This document shows, piece by piece, positions 1 through 11,403 of a stretch of DNA of 59,163 nucleotides (positions within the stretch are counted from its first letter, which is position 1; every line of letters begins with the position of its first letter). This stretch comes from Nemertoderma westbladi (Eukaryota > Animalia > Xenacoelomorpha), in contig JAUCBJ010006263.1 of assembly GCA_032718475.1 (NCBI GenBank), positions 1-59,163 of the forward strand, in the 5' to 3' direction. The notes beneath the pieces were generated by a model. That model did no database searches, was not told where the DNA came from, and worked only from the letters and a program-made list of their open reading frames with translations. A program made the position numbers and the translations under genes.

Positions 1-458
1 CAAACTGTAAGGGTCGCTGTAACTGAACGAGTTGAGACATAGGGAAACTGTAAGGGTCGCTGTAACTGATCGAGGGGAGACATAGGGAAACTGTAAGGGT
101 CGCTGTAACTGAACGAGGGGAGCCATAGGGAAACTGTACGGGTCGGTGTAACTGAACGATGGGAGACATAGGAAAACTGTAAGGGTCGCTGTAACTGAAC
201 GAGGGGAGACATAAGGAAACTGTAAGGGTCGCTGTAACTGAACGAGGGGAGACATAGGGAAACTGTAAGGGTCGCTGTAACTGAACGAGGGGAGACATAG
301 GGAAACTGTAAGGGTCGCTGTAACTGAACGAGGGGAGACATAGGGAAACTGTAAGGGTCGCTGTAACTGAACGAGGGGAGCCATAGGGAAACTGTAAGGG
401 TCGCTGTAACTGAACGATGGGAGACATAGGAAAACTGTAAGGGTCGCTGTAACTGAAA
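1..458. repeat. Tandem satellite/minisatellite A, 43-bp unit (aaactgtaagggtcgctgtaactgaacgaggggagacataggg), ~10.5 copies, cut off by the window start
   Basis: The unit recurs every 43 bp (starts at 2, 45, 88...) with few substitutions and ends at gtaactgaa near 458. Confidence 0.97.
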
Positions 459-843
459 TCAAGCCGATATAAGGGTTGGCTTGAGATTCAAGAAAAAAAT
501 GTTGTTCAAAATTAGGAAAGTAGTACTGTAAATAGTTGCTTTCAGCCACCGTCACGCCGTTATGACGTGCTATGTAAGATATTATCGTTGTAATTTTGTT
601 GAACACAACAACTTAATCCCGATACCAGATCAACGATACAAATACAAATATATAATACAGTAAAATACTGTATATATATGATCCAAACATTTTGTAAATG
701 TTAACATTAAAAACAAATTGTTATAATGCAAAGATGTGCAGTAGTACATTTCATTGGAAATTAGAGCTAAATAAAGATTGTGTGGATTAGGACTATGTTG
801 AATAGAATTCCGAGAAAGGGGGGAATCCACCTCGGCGAATTAA

Positions 844-1400
844 TACTACTACTAGGTCGAGCGAACTCGGACAGTGGAAATGAGATCCTTTCAGGCTTCC
901 CGATTTTCCATAGTTAGTTGTCGCAGTTTCATTTCTCCTAAGTCCAGTAACCCTTTCAAGTTGGTCAACAGCTGGTCATCCACGGCGTCGCTTTCCTTGT
1001 GTTGGTTGCCAGAAAAGTAGAAGTCTTTACTTCTCCAGCAGTGCCCACTGAATCTTAATATGCGTTCACGGAGGGTGGTTGATACAGGTGATATTGTACC
1101 ATAAAGCTCGGCGTTTGTCATTGTGTTATCTACAGCTGATGTTTAGGAATGCCCTTAGTATTCTAGTCTTGTGTAACAACCATCAATTCGTTGGTCAAGT
1201 GAAATCGTCAGTAGTGTCCAGGCCAGAAAGAACTTGGTCTTCAGGTGCCTGGAAATGTCTGATTTCCAGATAAGAAATATAATTAACCGCCGGGGACTCC
1301 CCTGAATACTAAACAAGTTAGAGTTGAGGTTGAGGCAAGTTCGAGTTGATTTCCAGATGGTATTCATTTTTGATAGAGCTAGTGAATTCGCTTGCTTGTC
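844..1400 (-). mobile_element. Degenerate 3' fragment of an RTE-like non-LTR retrotransposon (second family) with a (TAG)n tail
   Basis: Minus-strand peptides LALSKMNTIWKS, IWKSDISRHLKTKFF, LDQRIDGCYTRL, TNAELYG..RERILRFSGHCWRS and FWQPTQGKRRRG align by eye to the RT C-terminus at 26300-26800 (AALNRLSRIWKS, SLDGTFTRML, RLRFAGHCFRR, LWQP). There are frameshifts and stops. The element ends cgacctagtagtagta on the minus strand at 844-859. Confidence 0.85.
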
Positions 1401-2210
1401 CTGGGTTTGCTGGCTCTCAAACTGAGTCTGATCTCTACAGTCACAATTCTGTGATCCGAAGCAATTAGGTTGAACGAGATGTATGCCTCGCAGTTGATCA
1501 TGCTGTTTCACCACTTTTTGTTTATAAGGATGTAATCCAGTTGTGCTTTGGTTCTATTAGGGTATAGTGTCTTTTTACATTTCAACAGGTTGGTTCTTAT
1601 TTCTTCTTAATCTTCTGTTAATATTAGAATTAATATTTCACCTCAATGCTAAATTATCAATTAAAGTGATTTAAGTGAGTTATAGTGACGGGTGATGCAT
1701 TATTCTAACCAAAACAATAAACTAAATTCAATAGAACACACGATACATGTTACAGTAAAAGTTTTGAGAGTAATCAGCTGTTGTTGGAGTCTATTTAGCC
1801 CTGGAGAGGGAAGAAATTTGATTGCGTCGAAAGTCACGAACAATAAGAAAACCTTAAATCTATAAATACATTCCGCTAAATATGTGTTGTAGGCCTACTG
1901 TAAGATATGTGTTAACAATAGTAAGTGTGACTATAGTGAAGGTTGGTGCTGCTAGAAATACCAGTATCGCCTATCAGCTTATGCAAATTCAAATTATTGT
2001 ACCAGTAGACCTGTGCCTTGGCAGTGTATTTATTATTACAAGGGTCATTGTGGTGCTTTAGACCTACTGTAGGCCTACAACTACTGTACAACAATCAACA
2101 ATACTCCATTACTGCAAAAATAATAAATTCATGGCGAAGAAAGTAATCTTAATAAAGCAAAATAAATGCTTTATTATAAAGCATTTATAAGAGGTAGTTG
2201 TCTGACACTT

Positions 2211-5200
2211 AGAATGTAGGGGTGGCTACTCCTAGTGTGCTACTCCTATCTGATACCCGAAGGTAGGGGTGGGCGCCACTCCTATCTGCTACCAGAATGT
2301 AGGGGTGGGAGCTACTCCTATCTGCTACCAGAAGGTAGGGGTGGGCGCTACTCCTATCTGCTACCAGAATGTAGGGGTGGGAGCTACTCCTATCTGCTAC
2401 CAGAAGGTAGGGGTGGGCGCTACTCCCATCTGCTACCCGAAGGTAGGGGTGGGCGCTACTCCTATCTGATACCCGAAGGTAGGGGTGGGCGCTACTCCTA
2501 TCTGATACCCGAAGGTAGTGGTGGGCGTCACTCCTATCTGCTACCAGATTATAAGGGTGGGAGCTACTCCTATCTGCTACCCGAAGGTAGGGGTGGGCGC
2601 TACTCCTATCGGCTACCACAATGTAGGGGTGGGAGCTACTCCTATCTGCTACCCGAAGGTAGGGGTGAGCGCTACTCCTATCTGATACCCGAAGGTAGGG
2701 GTGGGCGTCACTCCTATCTGATACCCGAAGGTAGGGGTGGGCGCTACTCCTATCTGATACCCGAAGGTAGGGGTGGGCGTCACTCCTATCTGATAGCCGA
2801 AGGTAGGGGTGGGAGCTACTCCTATCTGCTACTGATACCCGAAGGTAGGGGTGAGCGCTACTCCTATCTGCTACCCGAAGGTAGGGGTGGGCGCCATTCC
2901 TATCTGCTACCAGAATGTAGGGGTGGGCGCCACTCCTATCTGTTACCAGAATGTAGGTGTGGGCGCCACTCCTATCTGATACCCGAAAGGTAGGGGTGAG
3001 CGCCACTCCTATCTGCTACCAGAATGTAGGGGTGGGCGCCACTCCTATCTGATACCCGAAGGTAGGGGTGAGCGCCACTCCTATTGGCTACCAGAATGTA
3101 GGGGTGGGAGCTACTCCTATCTGCTACCCGAAGGTAGGGGTGGGCGCCACTCCTATCTGCTACCAGAATGTAGGGGTGGGCGCCACTCCTATCGGCTACC
3201 AGAATATAGGGGTGGGCGCCACTCCTATCTGTTACCAGAATGTAGGTGTGGGCGCCACTCCTATCTGATACCCGAAGGTAGGGGTGGGCGCCACTCCTAT
3301 CTGCTACCCGAAGGTAGGGGTGGGCGTCACTCCTATCTGCTACCAGAATGTAAGGGTGGGAGCTACTCCTATCTGCTACCCGAAGGTAGGGGTGGGCGCT
3401 ACTCCTATCGGCTACCAGAATGTAGGGGTGGGCGCTACTCCTATCGGCTACCAGAATGTAGGGGTGGGCGCCACTCCTATCTGCTACCAGAATGTAGGGG
3501 TGGGCGCCACTCCTATCTGTTACCCGAAGGTAGGGGTGGGCGTCACTCCTATCTGCTACCAGAATGTAAGGGTGGGAGCTACTCCTATCTGCTACCCGAA
3601 GGTAGGGGTGGGCGCTACTCCTATCGGCTACCAGAATGTAGGGGTGGGCGCTACTCCTATCTGCTACCAGAATGTAGGGGTGGGCGCTACTCCTATCGGC
3701 TACCAGAATGTAGGGGTGGGCGCTACTCCTATCGGCTACCAGAATGTAGGGGTGGGCGCTACTCCTATCGGCTACCAGAATGTAGGGGTGGGCGCCACTC
3801 CTATCTGCTACCAGAATGTAGGGGTGGGCGCCACTCCTATCTGTTACCAGAATGTAGGTGTGGGCGCTACTCCTATCTGATACCCGAAGGTAGGGGTGGT
3901 CGTCACTCCTATCTGCTACCCGAATGTAGGGGTGGGCGTCATTCCTATCTGCTACCCGAAGGTAGGGGTGGGCGTCACTCCTATCTGCTACCAGAATGTA
4001 AGGGTGGGAGCTACTCCTATCTGCTACCCGAAGGTAGGGGTGGGCGCTACTCCTATCGGCTACCAGAATGTAGGGGTGGGCGCTACTCCTATCGGCTACC
4101 AGAATGTAGGGGTGGGCGCCACTCCTATCTGCTACCAGAATGTAGGTGTGGGCGCCACTCCTATCTGATACCCGAAGGTAGGGGTGGGCATCACTCCTAT
4201 CTGCTACCAGAATGTAAGGGTGGGAGCTACTCCTATCTGCTACCCGAAGGTAGGGATGGGCGCTACTCCTATCGGCTACCAGAATGTAGGGGTGGGCGCT
4301 ACTCCTATCGGCTACCAGAATGTAGGGGTGGGAGCTACTCCTATCTGCTACCAGAATGTAGGGGTGGGCGCCACTCCTATCTGTTACCAGAATGTAGGGG
4401 TGGGCGTCACTCCTATCTGCTACCAGAATGTAGGGGTGGGCGCTACTCCTATCGGCTACCAGAATGTAAGGGTGGGAGCTACTCCTATCTGCTACCCGAA
4501 GGTAGGGGTGGGCGCTACTCCTATCTGTTACCAGAATGTAGGTGTGGGCGCCACTCCTATCTGATACCCGAAGGTAGGGGTGGGCGCCACTCCTATCTGC
4601 TACCCGAAGGTAGGGGTGGGCGTCACTCCTATCTGCTACCAGAATGTAAGGGTGGGAGCTACTCCTATCTGCTACCCGAAGGTAGGGGTGGGCGCTACTC
4701 CTATCGGCTACCAGAATGTAGGGGTGGGCGCTACTCCTATCGGCTACCTGAAGGTAGGGGTGGGCGCTACTCCTATCGGCTACCAGAATGTAGGGGTGGG
4801 AGCTACTCCTATCTGCTACCCGAAGGTAGGGGTGAGCGCTACTGCTATCTGATACCAGAATGTAGGGGTGGGCGCCACTCCTATCTGTTACCAGAATGTA
4901 GGTGTGGGCGCCACTCCTATCTGATACCCGAAGGTAGGGGTGAGCGCTACTCCTATCTGCTACCAGAATGTAGGGGTGGGAGCTACTCCTATCTGCTACC
5001 AGAATGTAGGTGTGGGCGCTACTCCTATCTGCTACCTGAAGGTAGGGGTGGGCGCTACTCCTATCGGCTACCAGAATGTAGGGGTGGGCGCTACTCCTAT
5101 CGGCTACCTGAAGGTAGGGGTGGGCGCTACTCCTATCGGCTACCAGAATGTAGGGGTGGGAGCTACTCCTATCTGCTACCCGAAGGTAGGGGTGAGCGCT

Positions 5201-6972
5201 ACTGCTATCTGATACCAGAATGTAGGGGTGGGCGCCACTCCTATCTGTTACCAGAATGTAGGTGTGGGCGCCACTCCTATCTGATACCCGAAGGTAGGGG
5301 TGAGCGCTACTCCTATCTGCTACCAGAATGTAGGGGTGGGAGCTACTCCTATCTGCTACCCGAAGGTAGGGGTGGGCGCTACTGCTATCTGATACCAGAA
5401 TGTAGGGGTGGGCGCCACTCCTATCTGTTACCAGAATGTAGGTGTGGGCGCCACTCCTATCTGATACCCGAAGGTAGGGGTGAGCGCTACTCCTATCTGC
5501 TACCAGAATGTAGGGGTGGGAGCTACTCCTATCTGCTACCAGAATGTAGGGGTGGGCGCCACTCCTATCTGATACCCGAAGGTAGGGGTGAGCGCTACTC
5601 CTATCTGCTACCAGAATGTAGGGGTGGGAGCTACTCCTATCGGCTACCAGAATGTAGGGGTGGGCGCCACTCCTATCTGATACCCGAAGGTAGGGGTGGG
5701 CGATACTCCTATCTGCTACCAGAATGTAGGGGTGGGCGCCACTCCTATCTGATACCCGAAGGTAGGGGTGAGCGCTACTCCTATCTGCTACCAGAATGTA
5801 GGGGTGGAAGCTACTCCTATTTGCTACCCGAAAGTAGGGGTGAGCGCTACTGCTATCTGATACCAGAATGTAGGGGTGGGCGCCACTCCTATCTGCTACC
5901 CGAAGGTAGGGGTGGGCGCTACTCCTATCTGATACCCGAAAGTAGGGGTGGGCGCTACTGCTATCTGTTACCAGAATGTAGGGGTGGGCGCCACTCCTAT
6001 CTGCTACCCGAAGGTAGGGGTGGGCGCTACTCCTATCTGCTACCAGAATGTAGGGGTGGGAGCTACTCCTATCGGCTACCAGAATGTAGGGGTGGGCGCC
6101 ACTCCTATCTGATACCCGAAGGTAGGGGTGGGCGATACTCCTATCTGCTACCAGAATGTATGGGTGGGCGCCACTCCTATCTGATACCCGAAGGTAGGGG
6201 TGAGCGCTACTCCTATCTGCTACCAGAATGTAGGGGTGGGAGCTACTCCTATCTGCTACCCGAAGGTAGGGGTGAGCGCTACTGCTATCTGATACCAGAA
6301 TGTAGGGGTGGGCGCCACTCCTATCTGCTACCCGAAGGTAGGGGTGGGCGCTACTCCTATCTGATACCCGAAGGTAGGGGTGGGCGCTACTGCTATCTGA
6401 TACCAGAATGTAGGGGTGGGCGCCACTCCTATCTGCTACCCGAAGGTAGGGGTGGGCGCCACTCCTATCTGCTACCCGAAGGTAGGGGTGGGCGCTACTC
6501 CTATCTGATACCCGAAGGTAGGGGTGGGCGCTACTGCTATCTGATACCAGAATGTAGGGGTGGGCGCCACTCCTATCTGCTACCCGAAGGTATGGGTGGG
6601 CGCTACTCCTATCTGATACCAGAATGTAGGGGTGGGCGCCACTCCTATCTGCTACCCGAAGGTAGTGGTGGGCGCTACTCCTATCTGATACCAGAATGTA
6701 GGGGTGGGCGCCACTCCTATCTGCTACCCGAAGGTAGGGGTGGGCGCTACTCCTATCTGCTACCCGAAGGTAGGGGTGGGCGCTACTCCTATCTGATACC
6801 CGAAGGTATGGGTGGGCGCTACTCCTATCTGCTACCCGAAGGTAGGGGTGGGCGCTACTCCTATCTGCTACCCGAAGGTAGGGGTGGGCGCTACTCCTAT
6901 CTGATACCCGAAGATATGGGTGGGCGCTACTCCTATCTGCTACCCGAAGGTAGGGGTGGGCGCTACTCCTAT
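2211..6972. repeat. Tandem satellite B, 36-bp unit (ggtaggggtgggcgctactcctatctgctacccgaa), ~130 copies, SINE-derived
   Basis: 36-bp periodicity throughout, with two main unit types (cccgaagg and ccagaatg). The unit matches the SINE at 19836-20360 in reverse orientation. Confidence 0.97.
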
Positions 6973-7007
6973 TCCAAGTTTTGTCCCCGGTACTTCAACT
7001 GGTCCTC
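6937..7007 (-). mobile_element. SINE body remnant continuous with the end of satellite B
   Basis: The reverse complement of the array end and flank (gaccagttgaagtaccggggacaaaacttggaataggagtagcgcccacccctacc) matches SINE sequence at 16084-16139 (gatcagttgaattactggggacaaaacttgggataggagtggcacccacccctacc). Confidence 0.9.
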
Positions 7008-7013
7008 ATTTTC

Positions 7014-7439
7014 AGACACACTTGCACCATTCTTGTTCATAATTGTGGTTGTCTATGTTCTACGAATGTCCTTAGATCATCATAATGACGATGGGGTGGT
7101 AACTCCACCTACTGGCTCCAGAAGTCGATGAAATCCTGCCAAGTACCTATTTTTGCCAATGACTTAGGAGTATGTTTACTCTCAAAATCATTAGAGTGAG
7201 CCCAACCGCTCCTCAGCTCATTAGAACAGGCTGCTTCTAGTGTTGTCTTTTTATTAAGCCCATGACTATCTTGAGACGCATCTTAAAGTACACTGGCCTA
7301 GAAGATGCGGATGATCTAGCAAATGTCATGGGTGGTAGTGAGTTGTGGCGGCGCATTTTTTTCGACAAGCCGGCACAGTATATGTAATATATATATATAT
7401 ACTGCAGCTGCAATGCAGCATGCCGATCCAAGTCGTAGT
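7014..7439 (+). mobile_element. Decayed, internally deleted copy of the RTE-like LINE found at 25647-26858
   Basis: 7014-7257 matches ~25877-26128 (DTLAPFLFIIVV...). The sequence then jumps to match 26678-26845, a ~550-bp internal deletion. It has stops, indels and a decayed tail (ccgatccaagtcgtagt). Confidence 0.93.
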
Positions 7440-7922
7440 GAAAAGGAAAAATTCACTTCAAAAAAACTACAAAATCATTTCAAGTTATGAAAAAACCCAT
7501 TATTTAATGAATAAGAAATAAAAATAAAACGTTATTTTCACTGGGGTATACTTTTTATCAAGGACATACTGTGTGAGAATAATGATCTGAATTTATTCCC
7601 TATACGTAGTTATATTTCACACTGTTAACTATATTGGGCTTATTTTTCGCGTACGTACATAGCTTAATAATTACAATATGTAAAAAATAAACAAAATGTG
7701 CAATAAAGTTATATTGCTATATAATTTAAATATGTGAGTGGAAGGAGTGAAAGTTAACAGTGCAAAATAAAAAAAAGTAACATGATAATTAAACGTACAG
7801 TAAAATTACATAGGCAAACAAATAAATGCACTGCTTTAAGAACACCAGCTGCTGCAACCCCTTAATTAATTAATAACAAAACGTTATGAAAATAAATAGA
7901 CCTAAATAATTAGGAATTGAGA

Positions 7923-7928
7923 TTTATT
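7923..7928 (-). promoter_or_regulatory. Candidate polyadenylation signal (AATAAA) of the SERF-like gene
   Basis: tttatt on the plus strand about 70 bp downstream of the SERF stop codon. The context is AT-rich, so this is not unique. Confidence 0.45.
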
Positions 7929-7995
7929 ATACAGTTAGGTTCATATACAATGAAGTTTATGTTAGATAATTGAGGATTTCCGTTGGTAGTATCAG

Positions 7996-8080
7996 CTATT
8001 TACTCGTACTTGCACTCGCACTCGCACCGGCACTTTTTGCCTCCGCATCCGCCTGTTTTTTTCTCATTATTTCCGCGGTT
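7996..8080 (-). CDS. SERF: SERF/4F5-family small protein, exon 3 of 3 ((E)TAEIMRKKQADAEAKSAGASASASTSK*)
   Basis: Acceptor ttttgtttcag at 8091-8081. The phase matches exon 2 (GA+A = Glu). AEIMRKKQ matches the SERF C-terminal motif (DxEIMxxKQ). TAG stop at 7998-7996. Confidence 0.85.
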
Positions 8081-8454
8081 CTGAAACAAAATTAGTAGAA
8101 TATTAAATTAATATAATCCTTCACAATGAAAATATTTTATACAGCTTTCATCATAAGTGGTGTTTTTTGGTTAAATGGATGGATTAGTGGCGTCATAAGT
8201 GGCGTTAGGACCCATTGCCATTTAAAGGCAGGAGAGGAGTGTTGGGAGATCCAAAACAATAAACGAAAGTTAACATGTTACAAGATTATGCTGCCGGTCT
8301 TTATAATTGGGTCTTTGTTTTGTACTCATCCGAGGATCGTCGGAATAATATGATTAAACATTTTGTTTGATTTATGGAAATAAAAGGAATTAATTTGTAT
8401 AATTAAATTTTCCATAAAATATTTGGTGCTGGAAGAATTGTTTTTGGTTGACAA

Positions 8455-8660
8455 GTAATTATTTTAGGGAGATAGAATAATAGTTTTTGGGGAAAGTATA
8501 ATTGTTTTTGGGGATTACTAATTGTTTTTGGGGAATGAATAATTGTTTTGGGGGATTAGTAATTGTTTTTGGGGGATGAATAATTGTTTTTGGGTGGGTG
8601 AATAATTGTTTTAGGGGATTAATTTATTGTTTTGGGGGAATGAATAATTGTTTTTTGTGA
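8455..8660. repeat. Degenerate ~20-bp minisatellite (gaataattgtttttgggggat) within an AT-rich repeat arm
   Basis: About 9 imperfect copies of aattgtttttggg at roughly 20-bp spacing. Confidence 0.75.
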
Positions 8661-8799
8661 GAGAGATATTCAAAATTGGGGGAATGTAAATTGGTGCTAC
8701 AAAAAAATATATTTGGTACTAAATAATTTTTTTGGTGTGAAATCCTCTAATTTGGGGTGGCATTCAATTAGTGGCGTATTAAAATTATTGGAAAGTTGA

Positions 8800-8970
8800 T
8801 AAATTTAGTGGAAAGAGATAAGTTTTAAATGATTTTTAGTGAAATATAATTATATTTGGGGTATACAAAATTAAAAATAGTTGAAACATAATTTTATTTG
8901 TAGTTGTTATACAATTATAAATAGTGGATAATAATTATTTTTAGTGAAGTAAAAATGTTGTGCATAAATT
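8800..8970 (+). repeat. Dispersed AT-rich repeat homologous to 21265-21440
   Basis: Shared collinear blocks ttagtggaaag, acaaaattaaaaatagttg and aataattatttttagtgaag. Confidence 0.7.
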
Positions 8971-9179
8971 ATTATTTTTATTGGGAAATAACTTTTTTGC
9001 GATAAAGATATTATATCATATCACTATTCGCAGGAAATTGGTAACTACCATGGTGTATTAGTGTTCAGTAGTACAGAACAGATGTACTCACTGTACTGGC
9101 AGAGTCGCAGTCGCCCCATCGTAGTAGTTTCTATAGTGTTGGATTTTCCTTAGGGGGAATAATTTACTCAGAAAAAATG

Positions 9180-10100
9180 GGGTAAATCTTTTCGACCTTC
9201 GCGTAGCTACGCGTAGTTCGCAACATTGGGTCATATATCACCAGTTTCAGAGTTTTAACATTAACTACGCGTAGGTCCTACGCGTAGGTCCTACGCGACC
9301 TACGCGTAGGTGCTACGTATAACTAACTACGCGTAGGGGCTACCCATAACTATGCTTATACGACGTGTATCATTAGTAGGTCTACGTATTCCAAGCGGTT
9401 CAGTACTAAAATATAAGACAATATGTTCAATCAACAAACAACCCACAAATCAAATGCTTTCAACAGTAATGTATCCTATACATGTATACTCTATATAGAG
9501 GCATACGCTAAAGACTACATATTCTTCGTGCGGGCGCTAAAATTGTCTACCATGATTGGTTGCACTTGTTATTTGACTAAACAATTGAATTACATGCAGT
9601 ATTTATCAGCTTTCGCTTTAACCACTTCACTGGTAGATTGGTAGCTTACTACTGTAGAATATTTAAATAATCCAATGGAAACAAAGATACTTGAATCATG
9701 AGACGTGAATTTTAAGTCTACTTTTTATTCATCCTGTGTTTGTATGTGAAAGAGCCGAATATTATTTATTACCAGTGCTATATGTAGTGATATGAGTTTC
9801 CGATTCTGTTATTCCATTTGTCTGATAATCAGATACCTGACATATATCGATACTTGCCTAACAACTCAACCCTACCGGACCTGAAATGAAAAATCATTGT
9901 TATCAGGACTACTACGCGCAGCACCTACGATAGTTTCAAAATACCTACGCGTAGTTTCCAAATAACTACGCGTAGTTTTAAAACACCTACGCGTAGTTGT
10001 TAAAAAGGCAGTAAGTCTGGCCCTACCGGTAAATGACAGGAATGGAAGTTACAAACTACGCGTAGCTACGCGTAGGCCTACGCGTATGTCGAAAAGATCC
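9180..10100. mobile_element. Non-autonomous TIR element (Mutator-like MITE), 921 bp, with many subterminal ctacgcgtag palindromes
   Basis: Inverted termini atcttttcgac...gcgtagctacgcgtagtt and aactacgcgtagctacgc...gtcgaaaagat. Perfect 9-bp direct flanks gaaaaaatg at 9171-9179 and 10101-10109. A 9-bp TSD is typical of MULEs. Confidence 0.85.
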
Positions 10101-10262
10101 GAAAAAATGCCCTGGTGGGCGAATTAATATCCAAGGTCTGATAATACCATAATAAGTACCGGTAGGGTTACAGCTGTCTGGCTGTACTGCAATATCTGAA
10201 TATTAGGTTTACTGGTTTAACGTTTGAACAGTTATAATATAATACCAATACCGTGCCGACCG

Positions 10263-10945
10263 GGTACGTACTAAAAGGTAGAACGATCTATAACGGGCTA
10301 TAACGATCTATAACGGGCTATAACTTCCTATAACAAGCTATAACCACCTAAAACGAGCTATAATCTGAAAATTTACAATAAAAAAACCTATTTTAGAATG
10401 GATTTATTTTCCTAGTCAGTAATTTAATTATGCAATTTGGTTTTTTAGTCCATAATGCTGTAATGCTTTTCATCATTGTGGTATCACGAAATCAGTCATT
10501 ACTGCATTAGTCAGCATGCCACTACTGCATTATCTGACTATCAGACAGTGCAGCAGTGGAGAGGTCTCCCATCTCTCTGGTCTATCCTCGATCCTGGTAT
10601 CTGCTATCCGCTGTCAGCTTCTGGTCGATATAGAATACAGGAATATAGTGAGCAATATAGGCCAATAAAAAAAACTTAGCAGTATCAATTAGGCATAGGC
10701 AGATACTGAGATAGGCCATAGGCTGATAGGCCTACCCTACTGCCCTAATTTTTAACCTGTGGTATTTTTCAGACCACCCTGTTAATCCAAAAGTTAAACA
10801 CACCCAAGGGGCGTTTTTTAATGTAAATTTTCATATTACAGTATTATAGATCGTTATAGGTGGTTATAGCTTGTTTATAGGAAGTTATAGCCCGTAATAG
10901 ATCGTTATAGCCCGTTATAGATTGTTCTACCTTTTAGTACGTACC
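10263..10945. mobile_element. Non-autonomous TIR element (Mutator-like MITE), 683 bp, ~115-bp TIRs built from ctataac repeats
   Basis: ggtacgtactaaaaggtagaac at 10263 is mirrored by gttctaccttttagtacgtacc ending at 10945. The 9-bp flanks are tgccgaccg (10254-10262) and tgccgactg (10946-10954), one mismatch. Confidence 0.9.
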
Positions 10946-11403
10946 TGCCGACTGCCGTTAGGACCTACGTTTTATATTATGTAGAGTAGAATTGATGATC
11001 CCATAATACACTACAGTCTGACAGTAGGCAGGTAGGCCTAATACCGGTACTGTAATACAGTAACAGAGTAATGCAGTACCGGTACCTAATACGGCTGCAA
11101 GCCTGTAACTGTGTAAAGGAGGATCTGTTATCGATTTCGCTCATCTTGATTTCTTCATGAATCATGTTATATGTTTTCCCAGGATCGAATTTCTAATCTT
11201 CTTAATAATATATCGAATTTCTAATCTTCTTAATAATTGATAATAGAGATATATGACAGTATGAAGTATTCTACCGGCTGACCGGCAGACCGGTACAAAA
11301 CGGACACTGACACTCCAGCACTCGACCACTTTTAATTTTAAAGAAAACACTTCGTTGTTCATGACCGCATGATGTAGTTTTACTCCGCCACATCATCAAG
11401 AAA

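Noticed and set aside
1-458. Hammerhead ribozyme in the 43-bp repeat (ctgaacga...gaaac...gtc)
   Set aside because: The core deviates from CUGANGA and I could not form stems I or II.
2209-7131. Long repetitive ORFs in satellite B (GVGATPICYQNV; YSYLLPEGRGGR; ADRSSAHPYLRV)
   Set aside because: They are by-products of a 36-bp, in-frame unit. Frames are open on both strands, the unit derives from a SINE, and no splice or start context supports a gene.
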